From Spirochaetia bacterium (GTDB lineage: Bacteria > Spirochaetota > Spirochaetia > DSM-27196 > Salinispiraceae): 64,000 nt of DNA. The DNA lies in the NCBI GenBank assembly GCA_038204425.1, contig JBBRCZ010000013.1, positions 25,289 to 89,288 of the forward strand, read 5' to 3'. This document shows, piece by piece, positions 18,883 to 26,989 of this stretch (its first letter is position 1; each line of letters begins with the position of its first letter). The position numbers and the translations under genes are program-made. The notes under the pieces are model-generated. The model did no database searches. It saw only the letters and a program-made list of their open reading frames with translations, and had not been told where the DNA came from.

Positions 18883-20867
18883 ATGGTACTCCCTGCTTCG
18901 GCCGCTACTGTAAAACTCTTGGTATACTGATTTATAAAATAAAATCGTTCCAGAATGCTATCAACTTCATCACGTCTGGCAATTTGGACTAGTTCTCTAA
19001 CGAGTGAGTCAGCTTCGTCTTTGAGTCCGTCCACTTTTTGCCATTCAAAAACTATAGCGGTTTCTCCCAGTCTAATACTGGCAAGTAGACTGAGACGAGC
19101 TGCCACTATGAGCGCTTCAACGGTTTGCAGGCCAGCTAGCTCAGCTGGGCCTTCTATAGTTTCATTTTCTTCAGGCAGCTTAAGTTCCTGATCGGCTTGG
19201 GTGCTGCCTCGCACCTGAGCTGGTGCGCTTGGGCAGCGTAGCCTAATAAAATCTGCCAAGGCCTTACCCAAACCACCGTAGAGTGCATGCAACTCTTGCA
19301 GGCAAGCCAAAACGTTTAGTTCTGGCCCTTCGGACTTCTTAACATCCATAATTAGTTGATTATAGCGGTGCTGAGTAAAGTTAGCCAAAGTCGCACTCGC
19401 GTTACCAAGTCTGTCCACAATCAATTTAATGCGGCTTATCTGGGCTGGAATTACGCCGGTCTGAAAAAGCACTAGTTTTCGGCGCGACTGGAGGTTGACG
19501 CTGCCAGCTAAAAGTCCAGAAAAACTATTGATAAAGTGGTCGCAGAAGTCCAAAGCCCACTGAGCAATGCTGTCGTGTGTCCGAGAAAAACTCGGCATCA
19601 AATTGTTGGTTTCGACTTCTTTTGGCGGTTTCTTTTCGTTGCAGAATTGTTCGAGCACCGAAAAGTCTATTTTTGAGGCTGCTGAATACTTAATCTCCTG
19701 TGTGTCTTTGTTCAAAAAAAGGCCAGATTCGGCAGGAATAAAAAAATGCAAACGCAGCGTTTCGTGAAAAAGCAGGCTCAGGTTTTCAAGTCTTTTGACA
19801 AGCTGACCAATGTGGCGATCAATTTCTATCTGGACTTCTTGACTGCAGTCAAACACACCCTCAGGAAAAAAAGAGGCATGGTTGGCAGGTATCATTTCAG
19901 AAAGCTCAACAAAACGATGGCTCTGCAACATCCACAGCGACAAGAGTAAACTCGCGATGGTTTGACTTTTGTCGTTCTTACCAAAAAACTTGCCTAAGGC
20001 CTCCTGTACAAGATTGTACCTTTCTATTTCTAGACCCAAAGCGCGCCGGGCCGTCTCTACAATTTGTGAAAGCTGCTTGGGACTGTTCTTGTCAGAGAAG
20101 AAGACAAGGACATGGGGTGCAAGTGCTTTAAAAGGAAGTACTATCCTGTCATGGGGAACTTTTTGCAACTGATAGTTGGTTCGGGAAATGTCAAGCACAA
20201 GATTATAGAAGGCGGACAAACGATTGTAGCTGTTCTTGTCGATGTGCAACCAGCCTCGACGTAGTAAAGGCGGTATGCCGTCCAGCAAAACGCTGATGAG
20301 ATTTTCTTTTAAGTTCTTGTTAAACCAGATTTGTGACTGCGGGTCAGCTTTGAGGGTAAAAGGAAACGAGCCTCGCGTGATCGTTTGCATGCTCTCTCCA
20401 TAGCTTCGGATTAGACCTTGGTGCCTAAAAAAGTATGCAAAGATCCCGACTGAGTGGGGCTCCACAATGAAGCGACTGCGATTTCTTTTTGCTTGTCGAG
20501 CACCGGTGCTGGTCACGCCCTGGGTCTTTTCAGTATCTAGCGACGCTTTGTCTAAACCATCATCAAGATCGGACTTGAGACTGGATTTTTCTTTTGCGAT
20601 GGGTCGGGGATCAGAAACAATTGTTTTCTTTGGCTTGTCGTTGCCATGCGTTGGCGCTTCACCTTCGTCACGGGCGTCAATGGTGGCAATTTTGACAAGT
20701 TTCTCAGCAATGGAGAGTTTGCTTCGGACTATTGCCTCTACCTGCAGTGATTTAGCGTCGCTGCGAGGCTTTTGCAGCAGGACCCCAAGCTTGAATAACT
20801 GCGCAGCCTGGTTGCTGTCGCTAGCTGAAGTATCAAAATCTTCATTGTCTCCATTGTCCATAGTCAA
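18879..20867 (-). CDS. hypothetical protein (about 660 aa, mostly helical)
   Basis: Long ORF with a 4-bp overlap to the downstream kinase. No recognisable motif. Start uncertain (TTG 20867 or ATG 20861). Confidence 0.8.
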   Translation of the reverse strand: MTMDNGDNEDFDTSASDSNQAAQLFKLGVLLQKPRSDAKSLQVEAIVRSKLSIAEKLVKIATIDARDEGEAPTHGNDKPKKTIVSDPRPIAKEKSSLKSDLDDGLDKASLDTEKTQGVTSTGARQAKRNRSRFIVEPHSVGIFAYFFRHQGLIRSYGESMQTITRGSFPFTLKADPQSQIWFNKNLKENLISVLLDGIPPLLRRGWLHIDKNSYNRLSAFYNLVLDISRTNYQLQKVPHDRIVLPFKALAPHVLVFFSDKNSPKQLSQIVETARRALGLEIERYNLVQEALGKFFGKNDKSQTIASLLLSLWMLQSHRFVELSEMIPANHASFFPEGVFDCSQEVQIEIDRHIGQLVKRLENLSLLFHETLRLHFFIPAESGLFLNKDTQEIKYSAASKIDFSVLEQFCNEKKPPKEVETNNLMPSFSRTHDSIAQWALDFCDHFINSFSGLLAGSVNLQSRRKLVLFQTGVIPAQISRIKLIVDRLGNASATLANFTQHRYNQLIMDVKKSEGPELNVLACLQELHALYGGLGKALADFIRLRCPSAPAQVRGSTQADQELKLPEENETIEGPAELAGLQTVEALIVAARLSLLASIRLGETAIVFEWQKVDGLKDEADSLVRELVQIARRDEVDSILERFYFINQYTKSFTVAAEAGSTM

Positions 20868-20958
20868 ACTCTAAATCATAAGCGTCAAGATTTCAAACGA
20901 AATAGACTTACTGTTGCTACTTGCAGGCTGGCATGTTTGGCTGCATAATTTGTACACG

Positions 20959-21501
20959 ATGAGAATATTAAATGCTTCTGCCCAGTGTCTGGTAATCGAT
21001 ATGCAAGAAAGACTCTTGCCAGTAATTCATGATTCAAACAAGTTGATCGACAAAGTGCTGCTCTTGCTCGCAGGACTCAAAGTGCTGCAAGTGCCAATCC
21101 TTATTAGTGAGCAGTACCCCAAAGGGCTCGGCCCCAGTTTAGAAAGCATCGCCCGTTGTGTTGAGGCAGGCAAAATATTGCCAAAAATAAGCTTTAGCTG
21201 TGTTGACGATGAGGCGATTTTGTCTACTTTGGTGCAGACCAATCGATGTCATGTGATCGTGTGCGGTGTTGAGGCCCACGTCTGTGTTCAACAAACGGTT
21301 GTCGACCTCTTGGTTCAAGGTTATACACCGGTTGTGCTTGCAGACTGTGTCAGTAGTCGCAATCCAGAGGACTGCAGCGCAGCACTGGAACGCATGCGCC
21401 ACGAAGGGGCAGTGATTACGCGCGTTGAGTCACTGCTTTTTGAACTGACACGCTACGCTGGCAGCCAAACATTTAAGTCGATTTCTCATCTGGTAAAATA
21501 G
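20959..21501 (+). CDS. isochorismatase-family (YcaC-like) hydrolase
   Basis: LVIDMQERL, SEQYPKGLG, KISFSC and GVEAHVCVQQT. Promoter TTGCAG-17-CATAAT (20921-20949) supports ATG 20959. Confidence 0.92.
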   Translation: MRILNASAQCLVIDMQERLLPVIHDSNKLIDKVLLLLAGLKVLQVPILISEQYPKGLGPSLESIARCVEAGKILPKISFSCVDDEAILSTLVQTNRCHVIVCGVEAHVCVQQTVVDLLVQGYTPVVLADCVSSRNPEDCSAALERMRHEGAVITRVESLLFELTRYAGSQTFKSISHLVK

Positions 21502-21559
21502 CAAGTCAGCATAGATAGTTAATAGAGTCAGATCTATTACTGACGAAAGGACTCACTTT

Positions 21560-22430
21560 ATGAAAAAACTTAGAGCCATGTTTTTGCTGCTGGCACTGAT
21601 TTTCTTGGCTATTGGGCCACTTGTTGCAGATGAGGGATCTGTTCCTGCCCAGTTTGATTGGACATGGTATGCTCGTATAAAATCTGGTCCCGCATTGGCT
21701 TACCTGAGCTCAGGGGAACTGCAGATGAAGGCCCGCTACAACCAAGAGGGGCGCTTGGTTGAGTTTTGGACCAACTCAGAGGATCTGACCTACAGCGAAC
21801 GTTTTGATTACTACAGCGATGGTAAATTGCAACGTCATAGCCTATGAGCCTTTTTCTCTTCCATCAGTGATCGATGCTAAGGGCAATGCCAGCTTTGCCG
21901 AGCCGGTTGGTGATACCTTGGTTCTAAGTCAAGTTTTTGATACCAATGGTCGCATGATAGAAAAGTCGCTTTCCGAAAAACTTCCCAGTGCAAAGTTAGT
22001 AGCGTATTGGAAAGTAAGCTACAGTTACGACAAAGACGGTCGACGCATCAAGGTAACTATCTTTATGGCTGCTGACAAAGAAACTAACAGCCCCGAGCGC
22101 AACTTGAGCTTAAATTACACCCACAAGTTTAATACTGGCGGAAGCATAAGTGCTATTTCTGTCAAAAAATCAGCTAGCAATGCTGAGATCTATCTTGACG
22201 ACTGGTCAATGACCGGCGTGAGCATTCGCTATGAAACCGGCGCCGCCATCGGCCCTAGCACAAGCACCACGGCAAGTTCAATGATAGGTGCCAAGGCAAA
22301 AGTGTTATGGAATGGCACATGGTACGATGCCACTGTTATTGAACAAAAAAATGCCACCTACAAAATCAGATACGACGGCTATGACGCAAGTTGGGACGAA
22401 TGGGTAGAAAGTGAGCGAATCACTTTTTAG
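21560..22430 (+). pseudogene. secreted YD-repeat-like protein with C-terminal Tudor/chromo-barrel domain, split by a +1 nt frameshift near 21841
   Basis: Signal peptide. YNQEGRL, YYSDGKL, FDTNGRM and YDKDGRR repeats span both ORFs. CAT AGC CTA TGA becomes HSYEP... if one C is removed. Total span 871 nt = 3n+1. Confidence 0.7.
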
Positions 22431-22469
22431 CCACTAGCATTTTCTAACGCATAGTCACAAACTTATTTA

Positions 22470-24422
22470 CTAGTATTGAGCGTAGTTAAGTTCTATCCAT
22501 TGGTCGGAATACCAGCCGTAGAGTGATCGAAGTTTGAGGCGTTTGAGATCAAAGACACTCACAACGCCTCCGACTGGAACTTGATCCTCTGGGATATGAT
22601 TGCCGTGACTGTCCTCACCATAGTAGAACCAATAGGGACCAGGTGTGACTTGGTCACGGTTGTAAGGCCGGAGAAAATTGATAATATCCTGAGCACTGTC
22701 AAGGTCAAGTTTTTTGCCTTCTTGTTCTAAGCGTGCCAAGGTATCGATGAGCGTTCGATTAAGTGCGTCGTACCTAAACTGAAAGTCTTGGTAGTTACCC
22801 CCAGCGCTTGCCAACTTGGCAGTCCATTCGTTCATAGACAAGAGCCTCATTTCTGGCAGCAGATAGTGATTGCTGACGACAAGGATATCAGTTCTTATTT
22901 GACGCTCGGGGGCGAAATACCAAGCGTCAGGCACTACTCGTTCTTTTTGGTCTTTGCCAAACATGGCACGTGGCCCCCAGTCATCTTGTTTCCAAGGGAA
23001 GCCAAAATGGTCAAAGAGAGCAGGATTGTAGTCCATCCAGGCTAGGCTGGGTTTCCAGTTGTTCCAGCGTACCGCCAAGCCCTTTCTAAAGCGACAGGTG
23101 GGATGTCTTTTAATAAATTTTGGTCTAGGCAATAGTCCCGCTTTGCGAAGCTCGCGCGGTGTGCGGCGCAAGAAATTATTTTTTTGACCTGAGTAGCCTG
23201 CTTCCAAAACTGCAGCTCTTTGTGCCTGCGCATCCGCCACCAAATAGAGCCAGCTCACCCCGCGATGGGTACGTCTGACATTTCTGACGGCTTTTTCAAT
23301 GCTGCGTGACTGTTGCACGGTATGACGAACCATCATCAAGGAATTGAGACCTATTTTGGTACTTGAAGTATTGCGGCCATTGACCATGTCTACGCCCATT
23401 GCCAGACCATGTTTATTGAGAGCTGCAACAGCTCCAACCATGCCGGGGCTAGAAAAGCAGAGTACGGGCAGAGGATGCTTAAGAATGATTGAGTCAGGCT
23501 TGGGGCCGAGCATGCCGTTTGATTTGTACATTATTGGAGCAGCAACATCCCCAAAAACACCGCAAGTGGGAAACATAAAGTCACGCCCCATAAAGGCTTG
23601 TCCGTCTCCACCAGCCGCCTCACCCAAAGCCGCAAAGCCATTGCAGGCAGCAGGATGGACCCAGTTGTTGAGCTTGATGCCAAGGGCACGTAAAATTGGC
23701 TCTCCGCCTGCATAAACCAAAGACAAAATGATATCAACACCATAGTTGAGCACCATCAGGTCGCGCGTCAGTACCCGGCTGTGTCTGTTGACGCTGTGAC
23801 TTCCTGCCCAAAGGCCATAGATCTCAGCTCGTAGTTCTGCAGGTAGGCTAGCTCTGCCAAATGTAGCAAGTCGGTAAATAAAATCTGCAAGCAACATACC
23901 TAAGACGGGATATTTGCCCTTTAGTCCAGCAAACTCAAAAACTACATTGTCGACGTAGTCTACGCTCATGGATTTAATGTCTTTTTCTGCCAAAAGTCCC
24001 AAGAGCAAGCCCATCTCAAAGTGGTTGCCCTCCAAATAATATGCTCGTTTGGGTCGCCTAGAGTGGGTATTTACCGCACTTGCGTGGTCAACACATAGGG
24101 CATAACTGTTTTCGGTGGCCTGGTAGTGCCAAGAGCCCGCTTGGTCGTTGTATCCGTCCGCCTTAAACTTGGTCAAAAGTTGCTTTGTAAGCTGCTCTAC
24201 TGCGACTTGCCTCTGCGGACTTAGCACCTTGCTTGCATCCTTGGGAACCCAAGCATAGTATTTTTTGATCCATGCCAAGGACAGCCGTCGGTTTATGCCT
24301 AGTAAGTCACTAATTAGTAAAAAAAGTGTATTGAGCAAAATAAACCCCAACAAAAAAGGAATCGCGAACATGGCGATAAACAAAGTTTTAAAACTAATGT
24401 GAGCCTGTATGCGGCTGGTCAT
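22470..24422 (-). CDS. C45-family (Ntn-hydrolase) autoproteolytic acyltransferase/peptidase, membrane anchored
   Basis: N-terminal TM helix, LEGNHFEMG pro-domain, ACNGFAA nucleophile Cys, GRDFMF, ALNKHGLAMG and VSNHY. Confidence 0.78.
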   Translation of the reverse strand: MTSRIQAHISFKTLFIAMFAIPFLLGFILLNTLFLLISDLLGINRRLSLAWIKKYYAWVPKDASKVLSPQRQVAVEQLTKQLLTKFKADGYNDQAGSWHYQATENSYALCVDHASAVNTHSRRPKRAYYLEGNHFEMGLLLGLLAEKDIKSMSVDYVDNVVFEFAGLKGKYPVLGMLLADFIYRLATFGRASLPAELRAEIYGLWAGSHSVNRHSRVLTRDLMVLNYGVDIILSLVYAGGEPILRALGIKLNNWVHPAACNGFAALGEAAGGDGQAFMGRDFMFPTCGVFGDVAAPIMYKSNGMLGPKPDSIILKHPLPVLCFSSPGMVGAVAALNKHGLAMGVDMVNGRNTSSTKIGLNSLMMVRHTVQQSRSIEKAVRNVRRTHRGVSWLYLVADAQAQRAAVLEAGYSGQKNNFLRRTPRELRKAGLLPRPKFIKRHPTCRFRKGLAVRWNNWKPSLAWMDYNPALFDHFGFPWKQDDWGPRAMFGKDQKERVVPDAWYFAPERQIRTDILVVSNHYLLPEMRLLSMNEWTAKLASAGGNYQDFQFRYDALNRTLIDTLARLEQEGKKLDLDSAQDIINFLRPYNRDQVTPGPYWFYYGEDSHGNHIPEDQVPVGGVVSVFDLKRLKLRSLYGWYSDQWIELNYAQY

Positions 24423-24589
24423 TTTCTACTCCTACACCTAGTGATCAATCAGCGTTGACTTTGGATTGGATGACCTTACAAGCTTCGTCCATGGTTTTGT
24501 AAACAGCAAGGTCTAGATTACCTAGTTTGCCCACTTTTTGAGAACGAGTATTAGTATCACAATAAAGGTAGGGACCAATTTTATCTATC

Positions 24590-25696
24590 TTAGCCAAGGT
24601 CTATGCTCTCCTCATAGAGCACAATTTGATTGCGGCCGTGTTCTTTGGCATAGTAGAGTGCTTTGTCAGCGCGTCGGATTACATCCTCACAGCTGGAATC
24701 TTCCGACAAAAACTCGGCGATGCCGACGCTAACGGTAATTGAAAATTTTCCATTTTTGCCATCGTCAAAGCTGACCTGCGCCAAAGAATCTTGTAAACGC
24801 TGAGCAGGTATACGCGAGTTGGCAAGATTGGTGTCCGGTAAGAGCACTATAAACTCTTCGCCGCCATAACGACCTTTGGTATCACAATCTCTAAACAAGC
24901 CGGGACGATTGAGCAACGCTCCGGTACTTCTAAGAACTTCGTCTCCAACTAGGTGGCCATAGCTATCGTTGACATTCTTAAAGTGATCAATATCCAAAAT
25001 CAGACAGGTAAAATTGCCTAAGTGGTCAGAAAGGTTTCCAGTGCTGGTGTAGTTAAAATTGGGGGCCCAATCTTTTTCTATTTCAATTTTGCTATTAGAA
25101 TATTTATTGGCCTGTACTAGTCGCCATCTATTGCGTACCGCTCGACGTTTTTCGTGTTCAAAGGCTTCAATCAAGGCTCGGCGATTGAGCAAGTTGGTCA
25201 AATGGTCTACGCGGCTAATCTCAACCAGCTTTTGGTTGAGGATTTCTATTTCTTCTTTTTGCTTCTGCAAGAGATTTGCCTCGACAATGTCCTTAAATGA
25301 GTCTTGGATAAATGAGTTGAGCCGGGTCAGTAGAATATTTCGATCAAAGAGACTGTCCAAATAGTTAATCAGGTTGCCCTTGGATATGGCAGAACCGGTT
25401 TCAAAATAGAACAAGTGAAGACCAGCTTGTTTGTAGTTTTTTGCTTGGTCTTGAGAGCTCAATTGTTCAACGAGCAGAATGGTAGAAAGACTGCGGACTC
25501 TGGCGAGCACAATTGATTTGACTTCTGCCGAAAGATTTACAAAGAGAGCTTCGTCCACGAGCACTATACTTTCGTTGGCTGCAACTTGGTTCAAGCTGAG
25601 GTTTTCTAGGCTTAGTTCGAGCAAATAGTACGAACTTTGTTGTAACAAGCAGTCCTTAATTTCTTGGCTTGCACTACTGAAAAGAATGGTTTTCAT
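24590..25696 (-). CDS. diguanylate cyclase with N-terminal domain of unknown type and a coiled coil
   Basis: DHLTNLLNRR, LDIDHFKNVNDSYGHLVGD, RDCD I-site and GGEEF. GGAGG RBS before ATG 25696. Confidence 0.9.
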   Translation of the reverse strand: MKTILFSSASQEIKDCLLQQSSYYLLELSLENLSLNQVAANESIVLVDEALFVNLSAEVKSIVLARVRSLSTILLVEQLSSQDQAKNYKQAGLHLFYFETGSAISKGNLINYLDSLFDRNILLTRLNSFIQDSFKDIVEANLLQKQKEEIEILNQKLVEISRVDHLTNLLNRRALIEAFEHEKRRAVRNRWRLVQANKYSNSKIEIEKDWAPNFNYTSTGNLSDHLGNFTCLILDIDHFKNVNDSYGHLVGDEVLRSTGALLNRPGLFRDCDTKGRYGGEEFIVLLPDTNLANSRIPAQRLQDSLAQVSFDDGKNGKFSITVSVGIAEFLSEDSSCEDVIRRADKALYYAKEHGRNQIVLYEESIDLG

Positions 25697-25903
25697 ATTT
25701 GTCGAATTCCTCCATAAAGAATGATAATTCCTTGCTGACTGCGAATGTGCAATTAAATCGAAAATAATGCCAAAAACGTGAGCAAAAACTTTGGAGAAGC
25801 CAGTCTCGAGAAGTCCAGCGGCTAGATTTGCTCTTTTCTCAATGACCAAGAATAGTCTATAATTTGTGACCTTAGCACGTGACAGGCACCGAGGAGTAGG
25901 AAG

Positions 25904-26989
25904 ATGAGCAAGCTTAGAGTAGGAATTTTGGGCGCAACTGGCATGGTTGGGCAGCGTTTTGTAGTGCTTTTGCAACAGCACGCATTTTTTGAGCTAACCT
26001 GCTTGGCTGCCAGCTCCCAGTCTGCCGGCAAGACCTACAGCCAAGCCTTGGCCGGGCGTTGGGCCATGAGTTCTCCAGTTCCAGAAACCGTGGCTTCGCT
26101 TGTAGTCTACAATGCGGCCAACATCGCTGAGATTGCTGCTCAAGTGGACTTGGTTTTTTGCGCGGTTGATATGAGTAAAGAAGAAACTCTTGCCTTGGAA
26201 GAAGCCTATGCTCGGGCCGAAGTGCCCGTTGTTTCCAACAATTCGGCCGCACGAGGCTTAGATGACGTGCCTATGCTCATCCCTGAGATTAATGCTGGCC
26301 ACAGTCAAGTAATTGACAGCCAACGCAAGCGTCTGGGCAGCAAACGTGGTTTTATAGCCGTCAAACCAAACTGTTCAATCCAGAGTTATGTGCCAGCACT
26401 CGAAGCTCTGCGGGGATTTGGACTCAAAGAAGTATCTGTTTGCACCTATCAGGCGATTTCGGGCGCTGGCAAAACATTTGAAACATGGCCCGAGATGATA
26501 GACAATGTAATCCCATTTATAAAAGGCGAAGAAGAAAAGTCAGAACTGGAACCACTCAAAATTTGGGGTGTTGTAAAGGATGGCAAAATAGTAAATGCAC
26601 AAAGGCCGCTAATCAGTGCCCAGTGTATCCGCGTAAGTGCACTTGACGGGCATTTGGCTGCAGTTTCGGTTCGTTTTGACAAAAAGCCGAGTCGCGAGCA
26701 AATAATTGATGCTTGGCAATCCTTTAAAGGTCCAGCGGGCACTGTTGACTTGCCGCTCGCCCCGAGGCAGTTTATCAATTATTTTGAGCAAGACAATCGA
26801 CCGCAAACAAAGTTGGATCGTGATTTAGAAGGCGGCATGGCCATCAGTGTTGGCCGCTTGCGGCAGGACAGCATTTTTGATTACAAGTTTGTCTGTTTGT
26901 CACACAATACGGTCCGGGGAGCGGCTGGTGGTGCCGTGCTTATGGCTGAGCTGCTCTACACGCAGGGTTACTTGAGTTTGGCCAAATAG
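25904..26989 (+). CDS. asd: aspartate-semialdehyde dehydrogenase
   Basis: GILGATGMVGQRF, KPNCSIQSY, QAISGAG and HNTVRGAAGG motifs. Confidence 0.96.
   Translation: MSKLRVGILGATGMVGQRFVVLLQQHAFFELTCLAASSQSAGKTYSQALAGRWAMSSPVPETVASLVVYNAANIAEIAAQVDLVFCAVDMSKEETLALEEAYARAEVPVVSNNSAARGLDDVPMLIPEINAGHSQVIDSQRKRLGSKRGFIAVKPNCSIQSYVPALEALRGFGLKEVSVCTYQAISGAGKTFETWPEMIDNVIPFIKGEEEKSELEPLKIWGVVKDGKIVNAQRPLISAQCIRVSALDGHLAAVSVRFDKKPSREQIIDAWQSFKGPAGTVDLPLAPRQFINYFEQDNRPQTKLDRDLEGGMAISVGRLRQDSIFDYKFVCLSHNTVRGAAGGAVLMAELLYTQGYLSLAK

Noticed and set aside
24430..24560. GGCAAACTAG-GTAA-TCTAG on the minus strand upstream of the C45 gene, resembling a c-di-GMP-I riboswitch start
   Set aside because: It lacks the following GACGCAAA and a convincing P3 stem. 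An Rfam RF01051 scan would settle it.
25697..25981. N-terminal ORF-track extensions of the GGDEF gene (also seen for the ADH, cyclase, fabZ and dnaE genes)
   Set aside because: They overlap neighbouring genes or promoters. Downstream starts with an RBS or -10 box fit the family N-termini.
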